DNA of 64,000 nucleotides, from positions 370,196 through 434,195 of the forward strand of contig CDRNVI010000065.1 in NCBI GenBank assembly GCA_977017575.1. The letters run 5' to 3'. The first letter of the stretch is position 1; every line of letters begins with the position of its first letter. Both the position numbers and the translations under genes were made by a program. Below are positions 53,996-63,417 of this stretch, one piece after another. Under the pieces are notes generated by a model. That model saw only the letters and a program-made list of their open reading frames with translations. It ran no database searches and was not told the DNA's origin. The stretch is from Paramoeba atlantica. Lineage: Eukaryota > Protista > Discosea.

Positions 53996-55150
53996 TCAAT
54001 AGCTTGTGATAAACCAAGATAGGTCGAGCAAGCTCAAGTAATGTTTCATGTATTGCTTCATCGTGCCCCCAAGTAAAGGTATACCATCGAAAAAGCCTCC
54101 TGGGGTACAAAGATCAGTCAAGGCTTTTTTAAAAAAGATGTTAAAGAACGGTTGTTTAAAGAAATTCCATATGATGAGCATTCGACGATATCTCAAGACT
54201 TCCCACTGTGATGCTCCGTTGCAGAAGTAAGGCGGCATATTGTTGGAGTTCGAAGCGAATTCTTTTTTCTCTTGGAGCAGATCTCTGCGCGACTCGTCAA
54301 TTGTATTATGTCCATGTAGAGTAATGGGCTCTTTAAATTTTCCTGATGCAATGTTCTCGGAAAGCGTGCAGGCTACGCAGTCCGCGACAAACATTACTAC
54401 CCAGGCTCCCCACCCTGTGCCTATGCAGTTCGCTTCACTTTTCTGTACGTTGCGTATTGTACAAGACAAATTAACAATGGAATATAAAAGAGGACGGATC
54501 ATGTAGAATCGATCCACGGTTGAGACCATGAACGCATTTAGACTAACGCAATTAGCCGACAAATCTGATTTCGCGTTTCCACAGTATTCGGTAGCGTACG
54601 TTCTGCGCGTTAAGTTCGTTCGTGGAACCTGCAATTGACAGTGCGCTGCAGTTTCATTTTTCTCAGGGTCTGTTCTCGTCGCTACAGTGATGGATCTGCG
54701 TGGTAGTCGGACCATTTTGTAAAGGATTGCAATGACAGATTTCATATTTCTCACAAACTGATAAAAGCCATCATAGAATGTTGTGTGCAAGTCTTCACGG
54801 TAAATGAATGAAATTCGACATTTCAGAGCTTCAATAACAACAATGCTTAAAGCGGTGAGGTAATTTCTATTTCCATTACATCGTAGTGTGATGAAAAGCT
54901 CAATGAGTCGCTGTACTTGCTGTACAAAGCCATAGAAGAAATCTGCAACAATTGTTCGGCTGATATCATTTAGCGAAAGCCTGTTCGACTCAAGAAATGT
55001 TCTGATGTATCTAAAGACATTCAAAAAGCTAAAGGAAGCTTCTGTGATTAGCAATGAGGTCTGCTTCAGCTGCCTCCAGATTGTATATCGCACGATATTC
55101 TCCACTGCGTTCAGCCAGATCCCAGTGCTTACAACACTTGCTGTATTCAT
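53996..55150 (-). CDS. PEX16: Peroxisomal/glycosomal biogenesis factor 16
   Basis: Motifs IEALKCRI, MIRPLLY, W-x2-W-x4-V-x-D, EVLRYRRMLIIWNFFKQPFF and IPLLG. Confidence 0.75.
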   Translation of the reverse strand: MNTASVVSTGIWLNAVENIVRYTIWRQLKQTSLLITEASFSFLNVFRYIRTFLESNRLSLNDISRTIVADFFYGFVQQVQRLIELFITLRCNGNRNYLTALSIVVIEALKCRISFIYREDLHTTFYDGFYQFVRNMKSVIAILYKMVRLPRRSITVATRTDPEKNETAAHCQLQVPRTNLTRRTYATEYCGNAKSDLSANCVSLNAFMVSTVDRFYMIRPLLYSIVNLSCTIRNVQKSEANCIGTGWGAWVVMFVADCVACTLSENIASGKFKEPITLHGHNTIDESRRDLLQEKKEFASNSNNMPPYFCNGASQWEVLRYRRMLIIWNFFKQPFFNIFFKKALTDLCTPGGFFDGIPLLGGTMKQYMKHYLSLLDLSWFITSY

Positions 55151-55464
55151 GGTGTCGAAAGGATTCTATTTTTTTCTATTAAAAGTCTATTATTCTAAAA
55201 AGTATGTTAATTCTATCGATACAAAAATAATGGTTTTAACAAGGATAGACACATACATAAAGACTTGCGAAAGACGACACAGAAAATTACTAAGATACCT
55301 TAACAAGGGTAAGATATAGGGCAAGGTAGAGGGTAAGGTGTAACAAGGGTATGCATAACAAGGTAAAGAAAACATTCAGTAAGAACATATAATTGCTAGG
55401 CGCACAACAAATACAAATGTAGCTTCTACGAAGCCAGTGATTTAAGGCAACCTTCAAACCCCAA

Positions 55465-56409
55465 TCACAGCACAATAGGATGCAGTAAATGTTCTACTCT
55501 GGAGGAAAAGATCTTTAATTTTCTTATTTTAAGGTGCAGCAAGATTTCCTCGGGTTGTTTTACTATTTTCCCATCCTCAATCGCATCGATGTCTACTGGA
55601 GAGAATAAAAACAGAAATATGAGCTTGCCACAACAAAATCGACGACAGGCGGGGTTGTAGCCTTGGTCAAGAATCGCTTTTAAATGAATGCGGAAGGTAT
55701 GAGAAAGTTTACTCGAGTTGAGAAAATTTATGATCCTACAGGGCACATAGAACGAAGAAGGTGGTCTGTCGTTAATGATGGTTTGGATGACTTCCTCATC
55801 ATATGATTCTACGTTGTACACTCGAGCGTCCTCGGTAATACTTCTCTCAGGGTTCTTGCTCATAGCCCGAGCAATATTGTATGAGAATTCCATAAACGTT
55901 TCCCGCGTTCCGTAAACGGCAAACGCCACATTCCCAGTTGAAAAAAGGTGCGATTCAGCCTCAGCGAATGCACTTGTCGAAAAGTGAGTCAAGTTCAAGT
56001 TGGTCCCTAAAAACAAGTTATCCGTCGGTTTGAATTCGCATCGATTCGATGCGCCAAACAGATTTCCAAGCTGTGTTAATGCAACGACGAATACACTCAC
56101 CAAAGCCCATATCTTCAGAGGATAAATCCTTCTCTGACTGCGGAACGAAAGTTTAAGTGGTAAACGTGAAGACCATTTCATTTGTCTGAGACATTGCAGG
56201 GGATGAAAACTACATGCCCAAATGTTTCGTAGTAAATAAGATTTAATAAATGCAAATTGAAGGTCTATACGAAAAACAGTCATACGCGATTCATGTACAA
56301 GTTTCTTTCGGTCAATCCCGTAGTGAAAAAAGTAAAGTGCAATAAATAAGAGATCAACTACGACCACGCGTCTACAAGAGGACCTGATTTTCCCTTGTTG
56401 AAGTTCCAT
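55465..56409 (-). CDS. Hypothetical membrane-anchored protein (possibly degenerate torsin/AAA+-like)
   Basis: 314 aa with a TM-like IWALVSVFVVALTQL. HLKAILDQGY...GKLIFLFL weakly recalls torsin LKPFLD...KAIFIFL. No Walker A. Confidence 0.55.
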   Translation of the reverse strand: MELQQGKIRSSCRRVVVVDLLFIALYFFHYGIDRKKLVHESRMTVFRIDLQFAFIKSYLLRNIWACSFHPLQCLRQMKWSSRLPLKLSFRSQRRIYPLKIWALVSVFVVALTQLGNLFGASNRCEFKPTDNLFLGTNLNLTHFSTSAFAEAESHLFSTGNVAFAVYGTRETFMEFSYNIARAMSKNPERSITEDARVYNVESYDEEVIQTIINDRPPSSFYVPCRIINFLNSSKLSHTFRIHLKAILDQGYNPACRRFCCGKLIFLFLFSPVDIDAIEDGKIVKQPEEILLHLKIRKLKIFSSRVEHLLHPIVL

Positions 56410-56423
56410 TTGCTAACCCTAAA

Positions 56424-57698
56424 CTAGAGGCCAGGCTCGAAATACAAACAATCCGAATCAAGCATTTGTAAAAGGTCGCGTAGTCTTTCATGGGGAACGT
56501 TTTCACACCGCAATGCTTCATTAAACTCCTTCAAGGTTGAATAAAACATTTTCAGTCGAGAGCAAAACGCAGCACGATTCCCTTCTTGCTTCCTCTGCCT
56601 CGATTCGACATGTTTACTCGAACGTAAAAAACGCACCCATTGCCCAGCCATGGACTCGCGAATCTTTTTGTGGAACCTTTCATCCCAATACGACAAACCC
56701 ATGGCTCGTGCCTCACGAATACAAATATAGGGCTGGTTATCAAAATCGACCTGGAGCGTTCGAGGCCCTGCGAGCTCGATTTGGACAAACTCAAACGGCA
56801 GCATACACCCAAAGGAGAACCGCTGCGGCTGCTCGGTGTGTTGGCATGCCAACCATTTTGTATGACCCATCCATTGTATGTTTTTCGGTAGAAGATTATC
56901 TACCATTCTTCCGTCTGTCTTTTGCTTCTGTTCTGGACATTTGCGTCCCCTGGTCTCCCCAAAGGTGTAGCAGGAACCAAATGAAAATCGAATCCTCTCG
57001 CAGGAGTAAATCGGAAATCCAGTTTGTCGCAGCTCCTGGTAAAACGTAATCTCAATATCAGAGAGAAGTGTATTGGGTTTTGTGGCATAAATTAGGATTT
57101 GGGTTTCGACCTCCCGACAGGATGAACTGCTCCAAAAAGGGACCGGGTTGGGCGTGAGCGTACAGCCCAGGGATTGGCCTTCTTGATCCGTGCTTGTGGC
57201 AAACAGGGCTTGTTTGAAAACGTTATTTGCGGCTTGGCCTGGAAAATTCGATTCATAAAGAGTCCGTAACCTATGAAACAGTTCTCTATATGAGCCCATT
57301 GAAGGTTGAAAATGTACCAGACTTTTTTCAGCGCGACAAAAAGAGGACACGAAAGGGTCATTTTCGGCAAGAACAGGACATGACGGAAGGGAAAGCAAAT
57401 TTTGCTGCCCTTGCGTACAGAGACACTTTGCAAGACATATTCGGTCTGTGTGTGTTTGTTGAGAGGACGAGAGAACAGCATGGCCCGGGGTTTCATAAAT
57501 CAAGGAGTTCCTTCCTATCGTATCACAGAAAGTAAAAGATGTTCGAAGTTTACTCGATACATCGCGTAACCACGGGTGTGGAGACTTCTCAAGAAAGGTT
57601 CTCCATTTTTTACACACAAAAAGACAACGTTCGATTTCTTCTGCATGTAAAAATGCTAGGCATTGTGCTATCCCGTCCAGTGGAAAATCTATGGACAT
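56424..57698 (-). CDS. F-box protein (At4g00755-like C-terminal domain)
   Basis: N-terminal F-box (FPLDGIAQCLAFL..EEIERCLFVCKKW). ATSTD, FWSS, PIYSCERIRF and YICI match the recalled family pattern. Confidence 0.75.
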   Translation of the reverse strand: MSIDFPLDGIAQCLAFLHAEEIERCLFVCKKWRTFLEKSPHPWLRDVSSKLRTSFTFCDTIGRNSLIYETPGHAVLSSSQQTHTDRICLAKCLCTQGQQNLLSLPSCPVLAENDPFVSSFCRAEKSLVHFQPSMGSYRELFHRLRTLYESNFPGQAANNVFKQALFATSTDQEGQSLGCTLTPNPVPFWSSSSCREVETQILIYATKPNTLLSDIEITFYQELRQTGFPIYSCERIRFSFGSCYTFGETRGRKCPEQKQKTDGRMVDNLLPKNIQWMGHTKWLACQHTEQPQRFSFGCMLPFEFVQIELAGPRTLQVDFDNQPYICIREARAMGLSYWDERFHKKIRESMAGQWVRFLRSSKHVESRQRKQEGNRAAFCSRLKMFYSTLKEFNEALRCENVPHERLRDLLQMLDSDCLYFEPGL

Positions 57699-58032
57699 TT
57701 TTGCGTACTTCGTTCCGATTTACATGTATTTAAATGCATTCCATTCACATAACTTCTTATAACTGCATAGTTTTACGATGACCTGTCCTCGGAAATGTTC
57801 CACACGTAGACTTCATCATTAACAGGTTCCAAATCATAAAGCTATACATTGGTAAAAGATTAATCGAGTTCAATTCACCGTCCAATCAAATTTGCTATAG
57901 AAAAATTACACGGCTACTTCCCTACACAATCCCTCTGCACTAAACTATACACTACCCATGCAAGTATTTACAATTCAATCACGCGGCAAAGAAAAAGTAT
58001 TTTACACGAAAACATGCAACACACGATAAACT

Positions 58033-60759
58033 TCACTTGTTTTCCTCATTCCGGCGCCTCAAGTACACCTTGACAGCTTGAAACAACCTGCAACGCTGCG
58101 TTTTCGAAAGTAGGCTTTCCGAGAGGCGATGCTTTCCTATAATCACATTCCCGTTCATTTCCCGAAACCTGTTCCTACACCATCGGGACGCGAGCTTTCT
58201 CACCATCGCCTTTTCATCCGCAGAGCTCAACCTTTTTCCCTTATCTCCTTCCCCGTTTCCCCTGTATTTCCGAACCGCGCTGTACACCGTTGCCGCGACC
58301 CCATCATAGACCCTCCCTCCCCCCTTTTCCCCACGTCTCGTCGAGGTCTTCCTCTCTTCACCCTTCCTCACTGGACTCGTACCTCGCTCCCCACCCCGCC
58401 CACTCCCTCCCGACCCCTCTGACGAATACCCCTCCCCCCCCTCCCCCCCCTCTCCTGTTTCGATCCCCATCACGCTTTCGTGTTCACGCTCCCCCCACCC
58501 TTCCTCTGCCGTTTCCGTTTCTCGCCCCTCCCCGGGTTCTCCCCACCCCCCCCTCTCCCCCCACGGCCTCTCCCCATACGCGTGTCTCACGTAAAACCGT
58601 ACCGCCGCCCTCCCCCCCGTGCCCCCCCCTGCCTCCCCCTCCCCCTCCTCCCCCCCACGCAGCGGCCACCGCAGTGCGGGGGATCCACCGAGGAGGGGGG
58701 TGTCCGCTGTGGAGACCGAAGAGGGCTGGGGGATCCGTGGGGTAAGGCGTGCGGGGGGGGATACGTCGTGAGGCGTGGGGGGTCCTGTAGGGGGCGTTCG
58801 GTTAGGGCTGTGGTGAAGTGCCGCGAGGGGAGTTACGGTATTGCTGTTGTCAAGTGCTGCAGAGGGAGTTAACTCGTTACGGTTGTTAAGTCCTGTAGAG
58901 AGACTTAGGTCGCTATTCGTATGGTTAAGTGCTGCAGAGGGAGTTAAGTCGTTACGGTTGTTAAGTCCTGCAGGAGTTAAGTCGTTATTCGTATGGTTAA
59001 GTGCTGCAAGGGGAGTTAAGTTGTTATTCGTGTTAAGTGCTGTAGCGGGAGTTAAGTCGTTATCCGTATGGTTAAGTGCTGCAAGGGGAGTTAAGTTGTT
59101 ATTCGTGTTAAGTGCTGTAGCGGGAGTTAAGTCGTTATTCGTATGGTTAAGTGCTGCAAGGGGAGTTAAGTCGTTATTCGTGTTAAGTGCTGTAGCGGGA
59201 GTTAAGCCATTATTCGTATGGTTAAGTGCTGCAAGGGGAGTTAAGTTGTTATTCGTGTTAAGTGCTGTAGCGGGAGTTAAGTCGTTATTCGTATGGTTAA
59301 GTGCTGCAAGGGGAGTTAAGTCGTTATTCGTGTTAAGTGCTGTAGCGGGAGTTAAGTCATTATTCGTACAGTTAAGTCCTGCAGAGGGAGTTAAGTTATT
59401 GTTCTTGTTCTTATTCTTCTCCCCTTGTGGGGTAGGATGGGATGAACCCGGTTGTGGGGATAAAGGAGCAGTGAGGGGGTGGGGTGCCTGGGATAGCACA
59501 TTTGTTGTTGCTGTTGCTGTTGCTGTTATGGTTTGACTCGTATAGGTGGGATGATCGGGTGGTTGTTGGCTTCGTTTGTGCAAAGGGGGGATGGGGAGGG
59601 TGGGAAATGCGATGTGGAGTTTGGGGGAGGTAGGTGGGGGTTTTCGGTTTTTTAATAAAACTCGGAAGGAAGGAAAGAGGGCATCCCGTAGGGTGTGAAA
59701 TGGGAAATCGTGTGGAGGAGGGAAATGAATCGAGAGCTCGGAGTCATCGCTTGGGGTTGCCGATAGACCTAAGGAGGGTGAGGATTGCACGAGAAAATCA
59801 TTCAAGATGCGAAAGGGATGGCAGAAAGCGTCTCTCTTTTGAGGCGTAAACCTGACACTGACCATGCCTGAAGGATCTGTGTCTTCTTCATGGTAGGCGT
59901 TCAATGCAGACAGTATCATCTGGTCCGAACAGCTCACGGCGCGGAGGGTGTCATATTTCCGCTGTGCAGCTTGATTCATGTCGATTTCTACTACTCGTCG
60001 TGGAGATGAAACACTTTTTCCGCTTCCCCACGGCTCGGATTTTCGTTTCAAACACTGATTTCTCAGGGAAATTACACAATTTTGATGCCCACTCGCGCCA
60101 CGCTTTGTTCTTACGGGTTTCGGTGACCCATCAGACGTGTTTGTATCTTGGACGAGGCTTTCCTCAGTAGGAGCAGCGTGACGTGTCGGAGTCTGTGAAG
60201 GGGGATGTTCTGTCTCTAACTGAAGCTCCGACGACGACACCTCGATATCCGTGCCCTTCTGCTCTTGTTCGTCACAAGCAGCTTTTTCCGTACTTTGTGA
60301 CGATGCGGCTTGCCCAAATGCATCAGTAGGAGCAGCATGACGTGTCGGAGACAGTGAAGGGGACGTTTCGAGACAAAGTTCCGAGGGCGACACCTCAGTA
60401 TACGTGCCCTTCTGGTCGTGTTCATCAGAGTCAGCTTTTTCCGCACTCTGTGATGCTACGGCTTGCCCGTAAGCATAAAGAAGCTCGTCTCTTGATTGTT
60501 CCGTACTCAGTCGAGAGGCTACTTCCTCCACATTGATGTCCTCAAGGGGGCGATATATTTCTTCGAAAGTGGATGTGTGCGTCCACCACAACCATGCACT
60601 TTCTGCAGGAAAAAACATGACCAGGGTGTCTGCCCCCACGTCTGACTCCTCCGTCCTATGCGCCTCGTTCTCTGCTGGGTTAAGCAGCATACCCGGGAAC
60701 CAGTCGCTATCTGGAAACAGAAACCAACCAACCAATCCCGCATGAGGCGGTTCCTTCAT
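58033..60759 (-). CDS. Protein with an N-terminal PWWP/Tudor-like segment, repeats and low-complexity regions
   Basis: 908-aa ORF. LVGWFLFPDSDWFPGML...VMFFP resembles a PWWP-type fold. The C-terminal helical segment is weakly SRI-like. Confidence 0.65.
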   Translation of the reverse strand: MKEPPHAGLVGWFLFPDSDWFPGMLLNPAENEAHRTEESDVGADTLVMFFPAESAWLWWTHTSTFEEIYRPLEDINVEEVASRLSTEQSRDELLYAYGQAVASQSAEKADSDEHDQKGTYTEVSPSELCLETSPSLSPTRHAAPTDAFGQAASSQSTEKAACDEQEQKGTDIEVSSSELQLETEHPPSQTPTRHAAPTEESLVQDTNTSDGSPKPVRTKRGASGHQNCVISLRNQCLKRKSEPWGSGKSVSSPRRVVEIDMNQAAQRKYDTLRAVSCSDQMILSALNAYHEEDTDPSGMVSVRFTPQKRDAFCHPFRILNDFLVQSSPSLGLSATPSDDSELSIHFPPPHDFPFHTLRDALFPSFRVLLKNRKPPPTSPKLHIAFPTLPIPPLHKRSQQPPDHPTYTSQTITATATATTNVLSQAPHPLTAPLSPQPGSSHPTPQGEKNKNKNNNLTPSAGLNCTNNDLTPATALNTNNDLTPLAALNHTNNDLTPATALNTNNNLTPLAALNHTNNGLTPATALNTNNDLTPLAALNHTNNDLTPATALNTNNNLTPLAALNHTDNDLTPATALNTNNNLTPLAALNHTNNDLTPAGLNNRNDLTPSAALNHTNSDLSLSTGLNNRNELTPSAALDNSNTVTPLAALHHSPNRTPPTGPPTPHDVSPPARLTPRIPQPSSVSTADTPLLGGSPALRWPLRGGEEGEGEAGGGTGGRAAVRFYVRHAYGERPWGERGGWGEPGEGRETETAEEGWGEREHESVMGIETGEGGEGGEGYSSEGSGGSGRGGERGTSPVRKGEERKTSTRRGEKGGGRVYDGVAATVYSAVRKYRGNGEGDKGKRLSSADEKAMVRKLASRWCRNRFREMNGNVIIGKHRLSESLLSKTQRCRLFQAVKVYLRRRNEENK
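58860..59400 (-). repeat. Coding tandem repeat, 75-bp unit (39+36) = NHTNNDLTPATALNTNNNLTPLAAL
   Basis: About five near-identical units plus degenerate flanking units, with the reading frame preserved. Confidence 0.9.
60165..60476 (-). repeat. Internal ~155-bp coding duplication (SPTRHAAPT module x2)
   Basis: CAGTAGGAGCAGC.TGACGTGTCGGAG at ~60165 and ~60324, and ACACCTC...GCCCTTCTG...CGGCTTGCCC at ~60237 and ~60390. Confidence 0.75.
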
Positions 60760-61291
60760 AAGGTCATAAAAAATATGGAGAACAAAAGTATATTACGTAG
60801 AGTGAGACACGCGTTGCGCAAAATACAGAGTTAGAAGGCATGCACTTGTATCTCCGCAAAACTCTGCTCCTCCTACATGCGTGTAATATACCTCTGTAAT
60901 ATCATTCAATGGCATGAGCACTGTTCACAAATCATCTTTTAAGATTGTGTATAAGTGCTGGAATTAGGTACTATGCACAGCTTAAGCAATCTTTAACTCC
61001 CTTATAAAATGTGGTTCGTCTGATCAATACAAAGGATATCCGAGGTATCATAAATCAAGTAAAAATATCTCCCTGATTTTCAAAGGTATATCTTTTCAAT
61101 AGGTAAAAAAAACACAAAAATTGCCTTCCGCGGTACTTTTCTCCAAGTTCAGCAATACAGTGGTTCTTTATGTACCTGTATCTTCATTATTTTTTTAATC
61201 AAAAATGCGTATTCCAAACATATAGTCCATCCATTGTAATTTTCTCCACAACTCGCCATATTCCAATCTTGCTCCCTGGTTTTTACCAAAC

Positions 61292-62026
61292 TCAGTAGTA
61301 GGAAAAGGCTTTGCGCGCTTTCTCTTTCTTTGTTTTTGTTTTCGGTGGCCACTGGCGTCCGTTCAGTTCGTTGGGATACTTCTTAAGCTCATCAAAGATG
61401 CCCTCATCCTTGCAGTACTCCAGCCACGGGTCATTCACCACCACCCCCGCGTTCACAAGTTCCCGGTGCAGCTGGGGGAGATAGAACTCATTGGTGCCTT
61501 GAAAATACCGAAACACGGGCTTCTCCATCGGGTGGAGCTCATCATTGCGGCAGAACGTCACATAGGGCTTCGTCATCCACATGGCCAAGTGGCGCATCGT
61601 GACGTCGGGGTGCTCGTACAGGTACCACCAGCAGTGCCACAAGGTGTACGCCGACACCACCAGCCAGCACATCAGGTGGGGGAAGCACTCCTCGGAGAAC
61701 ACGTGCCGGGCCACCTTGATTGTGGTTGTGTTCTCCAGCCAGTGGACCTGGAGGCCCATGGGGTTCTGCGAGGTGTACCGCCCGACCGCCCGGCACCGCG
61801 GGTTAAGGTTATGCCGCCAGCGGTACAGCCAGTGGATATCCCGAGGACGAAACCCTTGCTGGTACCCCTCGGAGACGCCATCGTGTTCCAGGAACGCGTA
61901 CGGATTCCCTGGCACCGGCGCAACCTTATAGGGGAGAAACTTGGGTCCGAGGAAAAACGCAGCATCGGGATTCGGGCATGGGTGGACCGGGCGGACGGAG
62001 AACTGCTGAAGCGAGCGGCTCAGCAT
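61292..62026 (-). CDS. Probable mitochondrial inner-membrane protein (NDUFA4/COXFA4-like HPDV motif)
   Basis: MLSRS-type presequence, one TM segment ending WWYLYEHPDV, and GC3-rich codon usage suggesting high expression. Confidence 0.6.
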   Translation of the reverse strand: MLSRSLQQFSVRPVHPCPNPDAAFFLGPKFLPYKVAPVPGNPYAFLEHDGVSEGYQQGFRPRDIHWLYRWRHNLNPRCRAVGRYTSQNPMGLQVHWLENTTTIKVARHVFSEECFPHLMCWLVVSAYTLWHCWWYLYEHPDVTMRHLAMWMTKPYVTFCRNDELHPMEKPVFRYFQGTNEFYLPQLHRELVNAGVVVNDPWLEYCKDEGIFDELKKYPNELNGRQWPPKTKTKKEKARKAFSYY

Positions 62027-62224
62027 TCGGCGCTAATGGGACAATCGATGGATGATCAACCTTTCTAAGAAAAAAAATTGTTGCTAATAAATGAAATTAG
62101 TTGCATCTCCCGGTAAAGAGCTATTGAAGAAAATGATTTTTCTTTTTTTATCGTTCCGTTAAGCGCGGTAGTCGTCGAAAATTCGTCGAAAATTAAAGAG
62201 GAACACAGCAAACCGGGACCCGGG

Positions 62225-62500
62225 ATAACATACCTGTAACACGACAACATACCGGGGGGGTATGCTATCGTGAACAGCAGTGGATAACATACCCCCCCCC
62301 TCTGGATTTTGGAGTTTGGGGGTCAATTTTTTTTTTGAGATTTTTTTTTACATGTGTAGTACTGATCATTTTTTTTGTTTTCTTATCAACATGAGCATTC
62401 AAGTACAGAGTTGCACAAAAGTTAACATACCTGTAACAGCATAACATACCTGTAACATGTACCTGTAACACGATAACATATCGGGGGGGGTATGTTATCC
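62225..62500. repeat. Repeat cluster: ATAACATACCTGTAACA direct repeats and an 18-bp inverted pair
   Basis: Direct copies at 62225, ~62422 and 62441. GGATAACATACCCCCCCC (62282) pairs with GGGGGGGGTATGTTATCC (62483-62500). No clear TSD. Confidence 0.7.
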
Positions 62501-63143
62501 TGTAACACCGTTTAGTAATCTAATATTGCAGTGGTTGTATAACTACCTCTCTACCCTTGTTGAAAAAAGTGAACAAAAAAAATGAAAATATAAAGAGGAA
62601 CAACATAAAGAAAGATTTAGAAGAGAAGTATATAAAAGGGGGCTCCGGTGGTTCAAAATTGAAAGGAAAAATCGAAAAGAATTGACGGTCTAGGGGGGGG
62701 GGCAAGGGGGGCTCTAAGGGGGTCTATGGGGGGTATATGGGGGGTGGGTTGTCAATGTCAGTCCACCAAATTGAGGGAGTTGCTATGCGCTGTCCGTGGT
62801 ATCATGTTCAGGGGAACAGCAACTCCCCAATATCTTCGCGTTGAAAACTACCACCGCGTTTAACGATGAACCAAAAAAATAAAAATTCCCTTCGAAAGCA
62901 GAAGAAACCGGAAGGATTTGAGTAAAAGGTAGCCGATTTTCAGGTAAAAATGGGGTCATTTTTGCGTATTTTTGCTCAGTGCGCTAAATCCGACATTTGC
63001 TTGTGGGAAATCACTCGTAGGCATGCATTCAAGGCTACAGAACGTATTGAGTAGAGAATACGACTCCAACCACACCATTTTTCCGACACAAAACGACCCT
63101 TAGGGTCCGAAAATTACTTTTTCCGCATATTTAGGTCAATAAA

Positions 63144-63238
63144 GGGTTATTTTGGAAGGCGTACCACAGCTCCAAGAAGGCGTATCTTGTGAAACTGACG
63201 GCGTAGAAAGGTAGTATAGGTCCCAAACTCTCAAAATA
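63144..63238 (+). repeat. Dispersed copy of the Harbinger-family subterminal sequence
   Basis: Aligns with 3463-3515 and with the reverse complement of ~17810-17900. A weaker copy lies at ~24938-24993. Confidence 0.7.
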
Positions 63239-63417
63239 CAATACGCAAAACGATTTTGAAAAACTATTTTTGGGTAATATGCAGTCAAACTGTACCCTAA
63301 ATTTCATTTTTTTTTTACTTTTTTTTGTCAAAAAAATATGTGTGATTAATTATTTACTTGATAGTTTTGAGTCATTTTCACCCACTTTTAAGCTTTGTTT
63401 ACGTCTTAAACCATTGA

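Noticed and set aside
58860-59400. CRISPR-like regular repeats (also 51901-52085 and 20379-20520)
   Set aside because: No unique equal-length spacers and no cas genes. The first array is in-frame coding and the context is eukaryotic.
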